Shown: in pieces, positions 52,001-64,000 of the stretch | How positions within the stretch are numbered: the first letter of the stretch is position 1 | Layout: every line of letters begins with the position of its first letter | Assembly (NCBI GenBank): GCA_964016885.1 | Contig: OZ024743.1 | Span: 295,926,001-295,990,000 of the forward strand | DNA: 64,000 nt | Direction of reading: 5' to 3' | DNA from: Eledone cirrhosa | Taxonomy: Eukaryota | Program-made: the position numbers and the translations under genes | The notes under the pieces: model-generated | Told to the model about the DNA's origin: nothing | The model's database searches: none | What the model saw: only the letters and a program-made list of their open reading frames with translations

Positions 52001-55000
52001 TTGTTATTGTTATTGTTATTGTTGTTGTTGGTGTTGGTGTTATTGTTATTGTTGGTGTTGGTGTTGGTGTTATTGTTATTGTTATTGTTATTGTTATTGT
52101 TGTTGTTGTTGGTGTTGGTGTTATTGTTATTGTTATTGTTGGTGTTGGTGTTATTGTTATTGCTATTGTTGGTGTTGGTGTTGGTGTTATTGTTATTGTT
52201 ATTGTTATTGTTATTGTTGGTGTTGGTGTTGGTGTTATTGTTATTGTTATTGTTGGTGTTGGTGTTGGTGTTATTGTTATTGTTATTGTTATTGTTATTG
52301 TTGGTGTTGGTGTTGGTGTTGTGTTATTGTTATTGTTATTGTTGTGTTGGTGTTGGTGTTATTGTTATTGTTATTGTTATTGTTATTGTTATTGTTGGTG
52401 TTGGTGTTGGTGTTATTGTTATTGTTATTGTTATTGTTGGTGTTGGTGTTGGTGTTGGTGTTATTGTTATTGTTATTGTTATTGTTGGTGTTGGTGTTGG
52501 TGTTATTGTTATTGTTATTGTTATTGTTATTGTTATTGTTGGTGTTGGTGTTGGTGTTATTGTTATTGTTATTGTTATTGTTGGTGTTGGTGTTGGTGTT
52601 ATTGTTATTGTTATTGTTATTGTTGGTGTTGGTGTTGGTGTTATTGTTATTGTTATTGTTATTGTTATTGTTGGTGTTGGTGTTGGTGTTATTGTTATTG
52701 TTATTGTTATTGTTGGTGTTGGTGTTGGTGTTGGTGTTGGTGTTATTGTTATTGTTATTGTTATTGTTGGTGTTGGTGTTGGTGTTATTCTTATTGTTAT
52801 TGTTATTGTTGGTGTTGGTGTTGGTGTTATTGTTATTGTTATTGTTATTGTTATTGTTGGTGTTGGTGTTGGTGTTGGTGTTGGTGTTATTGTTATTGTT
52901 ATTGTTATTGTTGGTGTTGGTGTTGGTGTTATTGTTATTGTTATTGTTATTGTTGGTGTTGGTGTTGGTGTTATTGTTATTGTTATTGTTATTGTTGGTG
53001 TTGGTGTTGGTGTTATTGTTATTGTTATTGTTATTGTTGGTGTTGGTGTTGGTGTTGGTGTTATTGTTATTGTTATTGTTATTGTTGGTGTTGGTGTTGG
53101 TGTTATTGTTATTGTTATTGTTATTGTTGGTGTTGGTGTTGGTGTTGGTGTTATTGTTATTGTTATTGTTATTGTTGGTGTTGGTGTTGGTGTTATTGTT
53201 ATTGTTATTGTTATTGTTGGTGTTGGTGTTGGTGTTATTGTTATTGTTATTGTTATTGTTGGTGTTGGTGTTGGTGTTATTGTTATTGTTATTGTTATTG
53301 TTGGTGTTGGTGTTGGTGTTATTGTTATTGTTATTGTTATTGTTATTGTTGGTGTTGGTGTTGGTGTTATTGTTATTGTTATTGTTGGTGTTGGTGTTGG
53401 TGTTGGTGTTATTGTTATTGTTATTGTTATTGTTGGTGTTGGTGTTATTGTTATTGTTATTGTTATTGTTATTGTTATTACTATTGTTGGTGTTGGTGTT
53501 GGTGTTATTGTTATTGTTATTGTTATTGTTGGTGTTGGTGTTGGTGTTATTGTTATTGTTATTGTTATTGTTGGTGTTGGTGTTGGTGTTGGTGTTATTG
53601 TTATTGTTATTGTTATTGTTGGTGTTTGTGTTGGTGTTGGTGTTATTGTTATTGTTATTGTTATTGTCATTGTTGGTGTTGGTGTTGGTGTTATTGTTAT
53701 TGTTATTGTTATTGTTGGTGTTGGTGTTGGTGTTATTGTTATTGTTATTGTTATTGTTGGTGTTGGTGTTGGTGTTATTGTTATTGTTATTGTTATTGTT
53801 ATTGTTGGTGTTGGTGTTGGTGTTATTGTTATTGTTATTGTTATTGTTGGTGTTGGTGTTGGTGTTGGTGTTATTTTTATTGTTATTGTTATTGTTGGTG
53901 TTGTTGTTGGTGTTATTGTTATTGTTGGTGTTGGTGTTGGTGTTGGTGTTATTGTTATTGTTATTGTTATTGTTGGTGTTGGTGTTGGTGTTATTGTTAT
54001 TGTTATTGTTATTGTTATTGTTATTGTTATTGTTGGTGTTGGTGTTGGTGTTATTGTTATTGTTATTGTTATTGTTATTGTTGGTGTTGGTGTTGGTGTT
54101 ATTGTTATTATTATTGTTATTGTTGGTGTTGGTGTTGGTGTTATTGTTATTGTTATTGTTATTGTTGGTGTTGGTGTTGGTGTTGGTGATGGTGTTATTG
54201 TTATTGTTATTGTTATTGTTGGTGTTGGTGTTGGTGTTATTGTTATTGTTATTGTTATTGTTATTGTTGGTGTTGGTGTTGGTGTTATTGTTATTGTTAT
54301 TGTTATTGTTGGTGTTGGTGTTGGTGTTATTGTTATTGTTGGTGTTGGTGTTGGTGTTATTGTTATTGTTATTGTTGGTGTTGGTGTTGGTGTTGGTGTT
54401 ATTGTTATTGTTATTGTTATTGTTGGTGTTGGTGTTGGTGTTATTGTTATTGTTATTGTTATTGTTATTGTTGGTGTTGGTGTTGGTGTTATTGTTATTG
54501 TTATTGTTATTGTTGGTGTTGGTGTTGGTGTTGGTATTGGTGTTGGTGTTATTGTTATTGTTATTGTTATTGTTGGTGTTGGTGTTGGTGTTATTGTTAT
54601 TGTTATTGTTATTGTTATTGTTGGTGTTGGTGTTGGTGTTGGTGTTATTGTTATTGTTATTGTTATTGTTGGTGTTGGTGTTGGTGTTATTGTTATTGTT
54701 ATTGTTATTGTTGGTGTTGGTGTTGGTGTTATTGTTATTGTTATTGTTATTGTTGGTGTTGGTGTTGGTGTTATTGTTATTGTTATTGTTATTGTTGGTG
54801 TTGGTGTTGGTGTTATTGTTATTGTTATTGTTATTGTTGGTGTTGGTGTTGGTGTTGGTGTTATTGTTATTGTTATTGTTATTGTTGGTGTTGGTGTTGG
54901 TGTTATTGTTATTGTTATTGTTGGTGTTGGTGTTGGTGTTATTGTTATTGTTATTGTTATTGTTGGTGTTGGTGTTGGTGTTATTGTTATTGTTATTGTT

Positions 55001-58000
55001 ATTGTTGGTGTTGGTGTTGGTGTTATTGTTATTGTTATTGTTATTGTTGGTGTTGGTGTTGGTGTTGGTGTTATTGTTATTGTTATTGTTATTGTTGGTG
55101 TTGGTGTTATTGTAATTGTTATTGTTATTGTTATTGTTATTACTATTGTTGGTGTTGGTGTTGGTGTTATTGTTATTGTTATTGTTATTGTTGGTGTTGG
55201 TGTTATTGTTATTGTTATTGTTATTGTTGGTGTTGGTGTTATTGTTATTGTTATTGTTGGTGTTGGTGTTGGTGTTGGTGTTATTGTTATTGTTATTGTT
55301 ATTGTTGGTGTTGGTGTTGGTGTTGGTGTTATTGTTATTGTTATTGTTATTGTTGGTGTTGGTGTTGGTGTTGGTGTTATTGTTATTGTTATTGTTATTG
55401 TTATTGTTGGTGTTGGTGTTGGTGTTGGTGTTATTGTTATTGTTATTGTTATTGTTATTGTTGGTGTTGGTGTTGGTGTTATTGTTATTGTTATTGTTAT
55501 TGTTGGTGTTTGTCTTGGTGATATTGTTATTGTTATTGTTATTGTTATTGTTTGTGTTGGTGTTGGTGTTATTGTTATTGTTATTGTTATTGTTATTGTT
55601 ATTGTTGGTGTTGGTGTTGGTGTTATTGTTATTGTTATTGTTATTGTTGGTGTTGGTGTTGGTGTTGGTGTTATTGTTATTGTTATTGTTATTGTTGGTG
55701 TTGTTGTTGGTGTTATTGTTATTGTTATTGTTGGTGTTGGTGTTGGTGTTATTGTTATTGTTATTGTTATTGTTATTGTTGGTGTTGGTGTTGGTGTTAT
55801 TGTTATTGTTGGTGTTGGTGTTGGTGTTGGTGTTATTGTTATTGTTATTGTTATTGTTGGTGTTGGTGTTGGTGTTATTGTTATTGTTATTGTTATTGTT
55901 ATTGTTGGTGTTGGTGTTGGTGTTATTGTTATTGTTATTGTTATTGTTGGTGTTGGTGTTGGTGTTATTGTTATTGTTATTGTTATTGTTGGTGTTGGTG
56001 TTGGTGTTATTGTTATTGTTATTGTTATTGTTGGTGTTGGTGTTGGTGTTGGTGTTGGTGTTATAGTTATTGTTATTGTTATTGTTGGTGTTGGTGTTGG
56101 TGTTATTGTTATTGTTATTGTTATTGTTGGTGTTGGTGTTGGTGTTATTGTTATTGTTATTGTTATTGTTGGTGTTGGTGTTGGTGTTGGTGTTGGTGTT
56201 ATTGTTATTGTTATTGTTATTGTTGGTGTTGGTGTTGGTGTTGGTGTTATTGTTATTGTTATTGTTGGTGTTGGTGTTGGTGTTATTGTTATTGTTATTG
56301 TTGGTGTTGGTGTTGGTGTTATTGTTATTGTTATTGTTATTGTTATTGTTAGTGTTGGTGTTGGTGTTATTGTTATTGTTATTGTTGGTGTTGGTGTTGG
56401 TGTTATTGTTATTGTTATTGTTGGTGTTGGTGTTGGTGTTATTGTTATTGTTATTGTTATTGTTAGTGTTGGTGTTGGTGTTGGTGTTATTGTTATTGTT
56501 ATTGTTATTGTTATTGTTGGTGTTGGTGTTGTTGTTATTGTTATTGTTATTGTTATTGTTGGTGTTGGTGTTGGTGTTATTGTTATTGTTATTGTTATTG
56601 TTATTGTTAGTGTTGGTGTTATTGTTATGTTTATTGTTATTGTTGGTGTTGGTGTTGGTGTTGGTGTTATTGTTATTGTTATTGTTATTGTTGGTGTTGT
56701 TGTTGGTGTTATTGTTATTGTTATTGTTGGTGTTGGTGTTGGTGTTATTGTTATTGTTATTGTTATTGTTATTGTTGGTGTTGGTGTTGGTGTTATTGTT
56801 ATTGTTATTTTTATTGTTATTGTTATTGTTATTGTTATTGTTGGTGTTGGTGTTGGTGTTGGTGTTATTGTTATTGTTATTGTTATTGTTGGTGTTGGTG
56901 TTGGTGTTATTGTTATTGTTATTTTTATTGTTATTGTTATTGTTATTGTTATTGTTATTGTTATTGTTGGTGTTGGTGTTGGTGTTGGTGTTATTGTTAT
57001 TGTTATTGTTGGTGTTGGTGTTGGTGTTATTGTTATTGTTATTTTTATTGTTATTGTTATTGTTATTGTTATTGTTGGTGTTGGTGTTGGTGTTGGTGTT
57101 GGTGTTATTGTTATTGTTATTGTTATTGTTGGTGTTGGTGTTGGTGTTATTGTTATTGTTATTTTTATTGTTATTGTTATTGTTATTGTTATTGTTATTG
57201 TTGGTGTTGGTGTTGGTGTTGGTGTTGGTGTTATTGTTATTGTTATTGTTGGTGTTGGTGTTGGTGTTATTGTTATTGTTATTTTTATTGTTATTGTTAT
57301 TGTTATTGTTATTGTTGGTGTCGGTGTTGGTGTTATTGTTATTGTTATTTTTATTGTTATTGTTATTGTTATTGTTATTGTTGGTGTTGGTGTTGGTGTT
57401 ATTGTTATTGTTATTTTTATTGTTATTGTTATTGTTATTGTTATTGTTGGTGTTGGTGTTGGTGTTATTGTTATTGTTATTTTTATTGTTATTGTTATTG
57501 TTATTGTTATTGTTGGTGTTGGTGTTGGTGTTATTGTTACTGTTATTGTTATTGTTGGTGTTGGTGTTGGTGTTATTGTTATTGTTATTGTTATTGTTGG
57601 TTTTGGTGTTGGTGTTATTGTTATTGTTATTGTTATTGTTATTGTTAGTGTTGGTGTTGGTGTTGGTGTTATTGTTATTGTTATTGTTACTGTTGGTGTT
57701 GGTGTTGGTGTTGGTGTTATTGTTATTGTTATTGTTATTGTTGGTGTTGGTGTTGGTGTTATTGTTATTGTTATTGTTATTGTTATTGTTGGTGTTGGTG
57801 TTGGTGTTATTGTTATTGTTATTGTTGGTTTTGGTGTTGGTGTTATTGTTATTGTTATTGTTATTGTTATTGTTGGTGTTGGTGTTGGTGTTGGTGTTAT
57901 TGTTATTGTTATTGTTGGTGTTGGTGTTGGTGTTATTGTTATTGTTATTGTTGGTGTTGGTGTTGGTGTTGGTGTTATTGTTATTGTTATTGTTATTGTT

Positions 58001-61000
58001 GGTGTTGGTGTTGGTGTTATTGATATTGTTATTGTTGGTGTTGGTGTTATTGTTATTGTTATTGTTATTGTTATTGTTATTGTTGGTGTTGGTGTTGGTG
58101 TTGGTGTTATTGTTATTGTTATTGTTATTGTTGGTGTTGGTGTTATTGTTATTGTTATTGTTGGTGTTGGTGTTGGTGTTGGTGTTATTGTTATTGTTAT
58201 TGTTGGTGTTGGTGTTGGTGTTATTGTTATTGTTATTGTTATTGTTGGTGTTGGTGTTGGTGTTGGTGTTATTGTTATTGTTATTGTTATTGTTGGTGTT
58301 GGTGTTGGTGTTATTGTTATTGTTATTGTTGGTGTTGGTGTTGGTGTTATTGTTATTGTTATTGTTATTGTTGGTGTTGGTGTTGGTGTTATTGTTATTG
58401 TTATTGTTATTGTTGGTGTTGGTGTTGGTGTTATTGTTATTGTTATTGTTATTGTTATTGTTGGTGTTGGTGTTGGTGTTATTGTTATTGTTATTGTTAT
58501 TGTTGGTGTTGGTGTTGGTGTTATTGTTATTGTTATTGTTATTGTTATTGTTGGTGTTGGTGTTGGTGTTATTGTTATTGTTATTGTTATTGTTATTGTT
58601 ATTACTATTGTTGGTGTTGGTGTTGGTGTTTTTGTTATTGTTATTGTTGGTGTTGGTGTTATTGTTATTGTTATTGTTATTGTTGGTGTTGGTGTTATTG
58701 TTATTGTTATTGTTGGTGTTGGTGTTGGTGTTGGTGTTATTGTTATTGTTATTGTTATTGTTGGTGTTGGTGTTGGTGTTGGTGTTATTGTTATTGTTAT
58801 TGTTATTGTTGGTGTTGGTGTTGGTGTTGGTGTTATTGTTATTGTTATTGTTATTGTTATTGTTGGTGTTGGTGTTGGTGTTGGTGTTATTGTTATTGTT
58901 ATTGTTATTGTTATTGTTGGTGTTGGTGTTGGTGTTATTGTTATTGTTATTGTTATTGTTGGTGTTGGTCTTGGTGATATTGTTATTGTTATTGTTATTG
59001 TTATTGTTATTGTTGGTGTTGATGTTGGTGTTATTGTTATTGTTATTGTTATTGTTATTGTTATTGTTGGTGTTGATGTTGGTGTTATTGTTATTGTTAT
59101 TGTTATTGTTGGTGTTGGTGTTGGTGTTGGTGTTATTGTTATTGTTATTGTTATTGTTGGTGTTGTTGTTGGTGTTATTGTTATTGTTATTGTTGGTGTT
59201 GGTGTTGGTGTTATTGTTATTGTTATTGTTATTGTTATTGTTATTGTTGGTGTTGATGTTGGTGTTATTGTTATTGTTATTGTTATTGTTGGTGTTGGTG
59301 TTGGTGTTGGTGTTATTGTTATTGTTATTGTTATTGTTGGTGTTGTTGTTGGTGTTATTGTTATTGTTATTGTTGGTGTTGGTGTTGGTGTTATTGTTAT
59401 TGTTATTGTTATTGTTATTGTTGGTGTTGGTGTTGGTGTTATTGTTATTGTTATTGTTATTGTTATTGTTATTGTTGGTGTTGATGTTGGTGTTATTGTT
59501 ATTGTTATTGTTATTGTTATTGTTGGTGTTGATGTTGGTGTTATTGTTATTGTTATTGTTATTGTTGGTGTTATTGTTATTGTTATTGTTATTGTTATTG
59601 TTGGTGTTGGTGTTGGTGTTATTGTTATTGTTATTGTTATTGTTATTGTTATTGTTGGTGTTGATGTTGGTGTTATTGTTATTGTTATTGTTATTGTTGG
59701 TGTTGGTGTTGGTGTTGGTGTTATTGTTATTGTTATTGTTATTGTTGGTGTTGTTGTTGGTGTTATTGTTATTGTTATTGTTGGTGTTGGTGTTGGTGTT
59801 ATTGTTATTGTTATTGTTATTGTTATTGTTGGTGTTGGTGTTGGTGTTATTGTTATTGTTGGTGTTGGTGTTGGTGTTGGTGTTATTGTTATTGTTATTG
59901 TTATTGTTGGTATTGGTGTTGGTGTTATTGTTATTGTTATTGTTATTGTTATTGTTATTGTTGGTGTTGGTGTTGGTGTTATTGTTATTGTTATTGTTAT
60001 TGTTGGTGTTGGTGTTGGTGTTATTGTTATTGTTATTGTTATTGTTGGTGTTGGTGTTGGTGTTATTGTTATTGTTATTGTTATTGTTATTGTTAGTGTT
60101 GGTGTTGGTGTTGGTGTTGGTGTTGGTGTTATTGTTATTGTTATTGTTGGTGTTGGTGTTGGTGTTATTGTTATTGTTATTGTTATTGTTGGTGTTGGTG
60201 TTGGTGTTATTGTTATTGTTATTGTTATTGTTAGTGTTGGTGTTGGTGTTATTGTTATTGTTATTGTTGGTGTTGGTGTTGGTGTTGGTGTTATTGTTAT
60301 TGTTATTGTTATTGTTATTGTTGGTGTTGGTGTTGGTGTTATTGTTATGTTTATTGTTATTGTTGGTGTTGGTGTTGGTGTTATTGTTATTGTTATTGTT
60401 ATTGTTGGTGTTGGTGTTGGTGTTATTGTTATTGTTATTGTTATTGTTATTGTTGGTGTTGGTGTTGGTGTTATTGTTATGTTTATTGTTATTGTTGGTG
60501 TTGGTGTTGGTGTTGGTGTTATTGTTATTGTTATTGTTATTGTTGGTGTTGTTGTTGGTGTTATTGTTATTGTTATTGTTGGTGTTGGTGTTGGTGTCAT
60601 TGTTATTGTTATTGTTATTGTTATTGTTGGTGTTGGTGTTGGTGTTATTGTTATTGTTATTTTTATTGTTATTGTTATTGTTATTGTTATTGTTGGTGTT
60701 GGTGTTATTGTTATTGTTATTGTTATTGTTGGTGTTGGTGTTGGTGTTATTGTTATTGTTATTTTTATTGTTATTGTTATTGTTATTGTTATTGTTATTG
60801 TTATTGTTGGTGTTGGTGTTGGTGTTATTGTTATTGTTATTGTTGGTGTTGGTGTTGGTGTTATTGTTATTGTTATTTTTATTGTTATTGTTATTGTTAT
60901 TGTTGGTGTTGGTGTTGGTGTTGGTGTTATTGTTATTGTTATTGTTATTGTTGGTGTTGGTGTTATTGTTATTGTTATTTTTATTGTTATTGTTATTGTT

Positions 61001-64000
61001 ATTGTTATTGTTGGTGTTGGTGTTGGTGTTGGTGTTGGTGTTATTGTTATTGTTGGTGTTGGTGTTGGTGTTGGTGTTATTGTTATTGTTATTTTTATTG
61101 TTATTGTTATTGTTATTGTTATTGTTATTGTTGGTGTTGGTGTTGGTGTTATTGTTATTGTTATTTTTATTGTTATTGTTATTGTTATTGTTATTGTTGG
61201 TGTTGGTGTTGGTGTTATTGTTATCGTTATTTTTATTGTTATTGTTATTGTTATTGTTATTGTTGGTGTTGGTGTTGGTGTTATTGTTATTGTTATTTTT
61301 ATTGTTATTGTTATTGTTATTGTTATTGTTGGTGTTGGTGTTGGTGTTATTGTTACTGTTATTGTTATTGTTATTGTTGGTGTTGGTGTTGGTGTTGGTG
61401 TTGGTGTTATTGTTATTGTTATTGTTATTGTTGGTTTTGGTGTTGGTGTTATTGTTATTGTTATTGTTATTGTTAGTGTTGGTGTTGGTGTTGGTGTTAT
61501 TGTTATTGTTATTGTTACTGTTGGTGTTGGTGTTGGTGTTGGTGTTATTGTTATTGTTATTGTTATTGTTGGTGTTGGTGTTGGTGTTATTGTTATTGTT
61601 ATTGTTATTGTTATTGTTGGTGTTGGTGTTGGTGTTATTGTTATTGTTATTGTTGGTTTTGGTGTTGGTGTTATTGTTATTGTTATTGTTATTGTTATTG
61701 TTGGTGTTGGTGTTGGTGTTGGTGTTATTGTTATTGTTATTGTTGGTGTTGGTGTTGGTGTTATTGTTATTGTTATTGTTGGTGTTGGTGTTGGTGTTGG
61801 TGTTATTGTTATTGTTATTGTTATTGTTGGTGTTGGTGTTGGTGTTATTGTTATTGTTATTGTTGGTGTTGGTGTTATTGTTATTGTTATTGTTATTGTT
61901 ATTGTTATTGTTATTGTTGGTGTTGGTGTTGGTGTTGGTGTTATTGTTATTGTTATTGTTATTGTTGGTGTTGGTGTTATTGTTATTGTTATTGTTGGTG
62001 TTGGTGTTGGTGTTGGTGTTATTGTTATTGTTATTGTTGGTGTTGGTGTTGGTGTTGGTGTTATTGTTATTGTTATTGTTATTGTTATTGTTATTGTTGG
62101 TGTTGGTGTTGGTGTTGGTGTTATTGTTATTGTTATTGTTATTGTTGGTGTTGGTGTTATTGTTATTGTTATTGTTGGTGTTGGTGTTGGTGTTGGTGTT
62201 ATTGTTATTGTTATTGTTGGTGTTGGTGTTGGTGTTATTGTTATTGTTATTTTTATTGTTATTGTTATTGTTATTGTTATTGTTGGTGTTGGTGTTGGTG
62301 TTGGTGTTATTGTTATTGTTATTGTTATTGTTGGTGTTGTTGTTGGTGTTATTGTTATTGTTATTGTTGGTGTTGGTGTTGGTGTTATTGTTATTGTTAT
62401 TGTTATTGTTATTGTTGGTGTTGGTGTTGGTGTTATTGTTATTGTTATTTTTATTGTTATTGTTATTGTTATTGTTATTGTTGGTGTTGGTGTTGGTGTT
62501 GGTGTTATTGTTATTGTTATTGTTATTGTTGGTGTTGGTGTTGGTGTTATTGTTATTGTTATTTTTATTGTTATTGTTATTGTTATTGTTATTGTTATTG
62601 TTATTGTTGGTGCTGGTGTTGGTGTTGGTGTTATTGTTATTGTTATTGTTGGTGTTGGTGTTGGTGTTATTGTTATTGTTATTTTTATTGTTATTGTTAT
62701 TGTTATTGTTATTGTTGGTGTTGGTGTTGGTGTTGGTGTTGGTGTTATTGTTATTGTTATTGTTATTGTTGGTGTTGGTGTTGGTGTTATTGTTATTGTT
62801 ATTTTTATTGTTATTGTTATTGTTATTGTTATTGTTATTGTTGGTGTTGGTGTTGGTGTTGGTGTTGGTGTTATTGTTATTGTTATTGTTGGTGTTGGTG
62901 TTGGTGTTATTGTTATTGTTATTTTTATTGTTATTGTTATTGTTATTGTTATTGTTGGTGTCGGTGTTGGTGTTATTGTTATTGTTATTTTTATTGTTAT
63001 TGTTATTGTTATTGTTATTGTTGGTGTTGGTGTTGGTGTTATTGTTATTGTTATTTTTATTGTTATTGTTATTGTTATTGTTATTGTTGGTGTTGGTGTT
63101 GGTGTTATTGTTATTGTTATTTTTATTGTTATTGTTATTGTTATTGTTATTGTTGGTGTTGGTGTTGGTGTTATTGTTACTGTTATTGTTATTGTTGGTG
63201 TTGGTGTTGGTGTTATTGTTATTGTTATTGTTATTGTTGGTTTTGGTGTTGGTGTTATTGTTATTGTTATTGTTATTGTTATTGTTAGTGTTGGTGTTGG
63301 TGTTGGTGTTATTGTTATTGTTATTGTTACTGTTGGTGTTGGTGTTGGTGTTGGTGTTATTGTTATTGTTATTGTTATTGTTGGTGTTGGTGTTGGTGTT
63401 ATTGTTATTGTTATTGTTATTGTTATTGTTGGTGTTGGTGTTGGTGTTATTGTTATTGTTATTGTTGGTTTTGGTGTTGGTGTTATTGTTATTGTTATTG
63501 TTATTGTTATTGTTGGTGTTGGTGTTGGTGTTGGTGTTATTGTTATTGTTATTGTTGGTGTTGGTGTTGGTGTTATTGTTATTGTTATTGTTGGTGTTGG
63601 TGTTGGTGTTGGTGTTATTGTTATTGTTATTGTTATTGTTGGTGTTGGTGTTGGTGTTATTGATATTGTTATTGTTGGTGTTGGTGTTATTGTTATTGTT
63701 ATTGTTATTGTTATTGTTATTGTTGGTGTTGGTGTTGGTGTTGGTGTTATTGTTATTGTTATTGTTATTGTTGGTGTTGGTGTTATTGTTATTGTTATTG
63801 TTGGTGTTGGTGTTGGTGTTGGTGTTATTGTTATTGTTATTGTTGGTGTTGGTGTTGGTGTTATTGTTATTGTTATTGTTATTGTTGGTGTTGGTGTTGG
63901 TGTTGGTGTTATTGTTATTGTTATTGTTATTGTTGGTGTTGGTGTTGGTGTTATTGTTATTGTTATTGTTGGTGTTGGTGTTGGTGTTATTGTTATTGTT
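25381..64000. repeat. Giant two-hexamer array (GTTATT)n/(GTTGGT)m with higher-order duplications; runs off the window
   Basis: Direct reading; short runs of each hexamer alternate; rare variant hexamers recur at 180 bp, ~3.66 kb, ~5.64-5.7 kb and 9258 bp spacings. Confidence 0.97.
47054..47253. other. Assembly gap (200 N)
   Basis: Run of N. Confidence 1.

Noticed and set aside
25381-64000. Telomeric repeat
   Set aside because: GT-rich but contains no TTAGGG or TTAGG; two alternating words with kb-scale duplications do not fit telomerase addition

Overview
Eukaryotic, AT-rich, repeat-dominated DNA with no recognisable intact host gene. The tRNA-derived SINE family suggests a coleoid cephalopod such as Octopus (inference). 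Positions 1-25.3 kb are a mosaic of microsatellites, five SINE copies, a mariner-type MITE, decayed RTE and R4/Dong-like LINEs, and four Penelope-like (PLE) RT/GIY-YIG fragments. They also hold about 23 type I hammerhead ribozyme (HHR) motifs, intact or degenerate, in roughly 9-10 sequence families. Most lie in small non-coding elements ending in (TA)n tracts. The clearest is a near-identical 4.3-copy tandem array of a 591-bp unit (13305-15853), each unit carrying a U3-A8-variant HHR with palindromic stem III, which is a retrozyme-like array. Units of about 418, 512 and 440 bp and several 150-185 bp fold-back elements have similar architecture. From 25.38 kb to the window end lies a >38 kb array of two hexamers (GTTATT/GTTGGT) with nested higher-order duplications (180 bp, about 3.7, 5.6-5.7 and 9.26 kb) and a 200-N gap. 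Its minus strand reads Thr-Ile/Thr-Pro, but coding status cannot be established. All ribozyme folds were paired by eye and none is tested.
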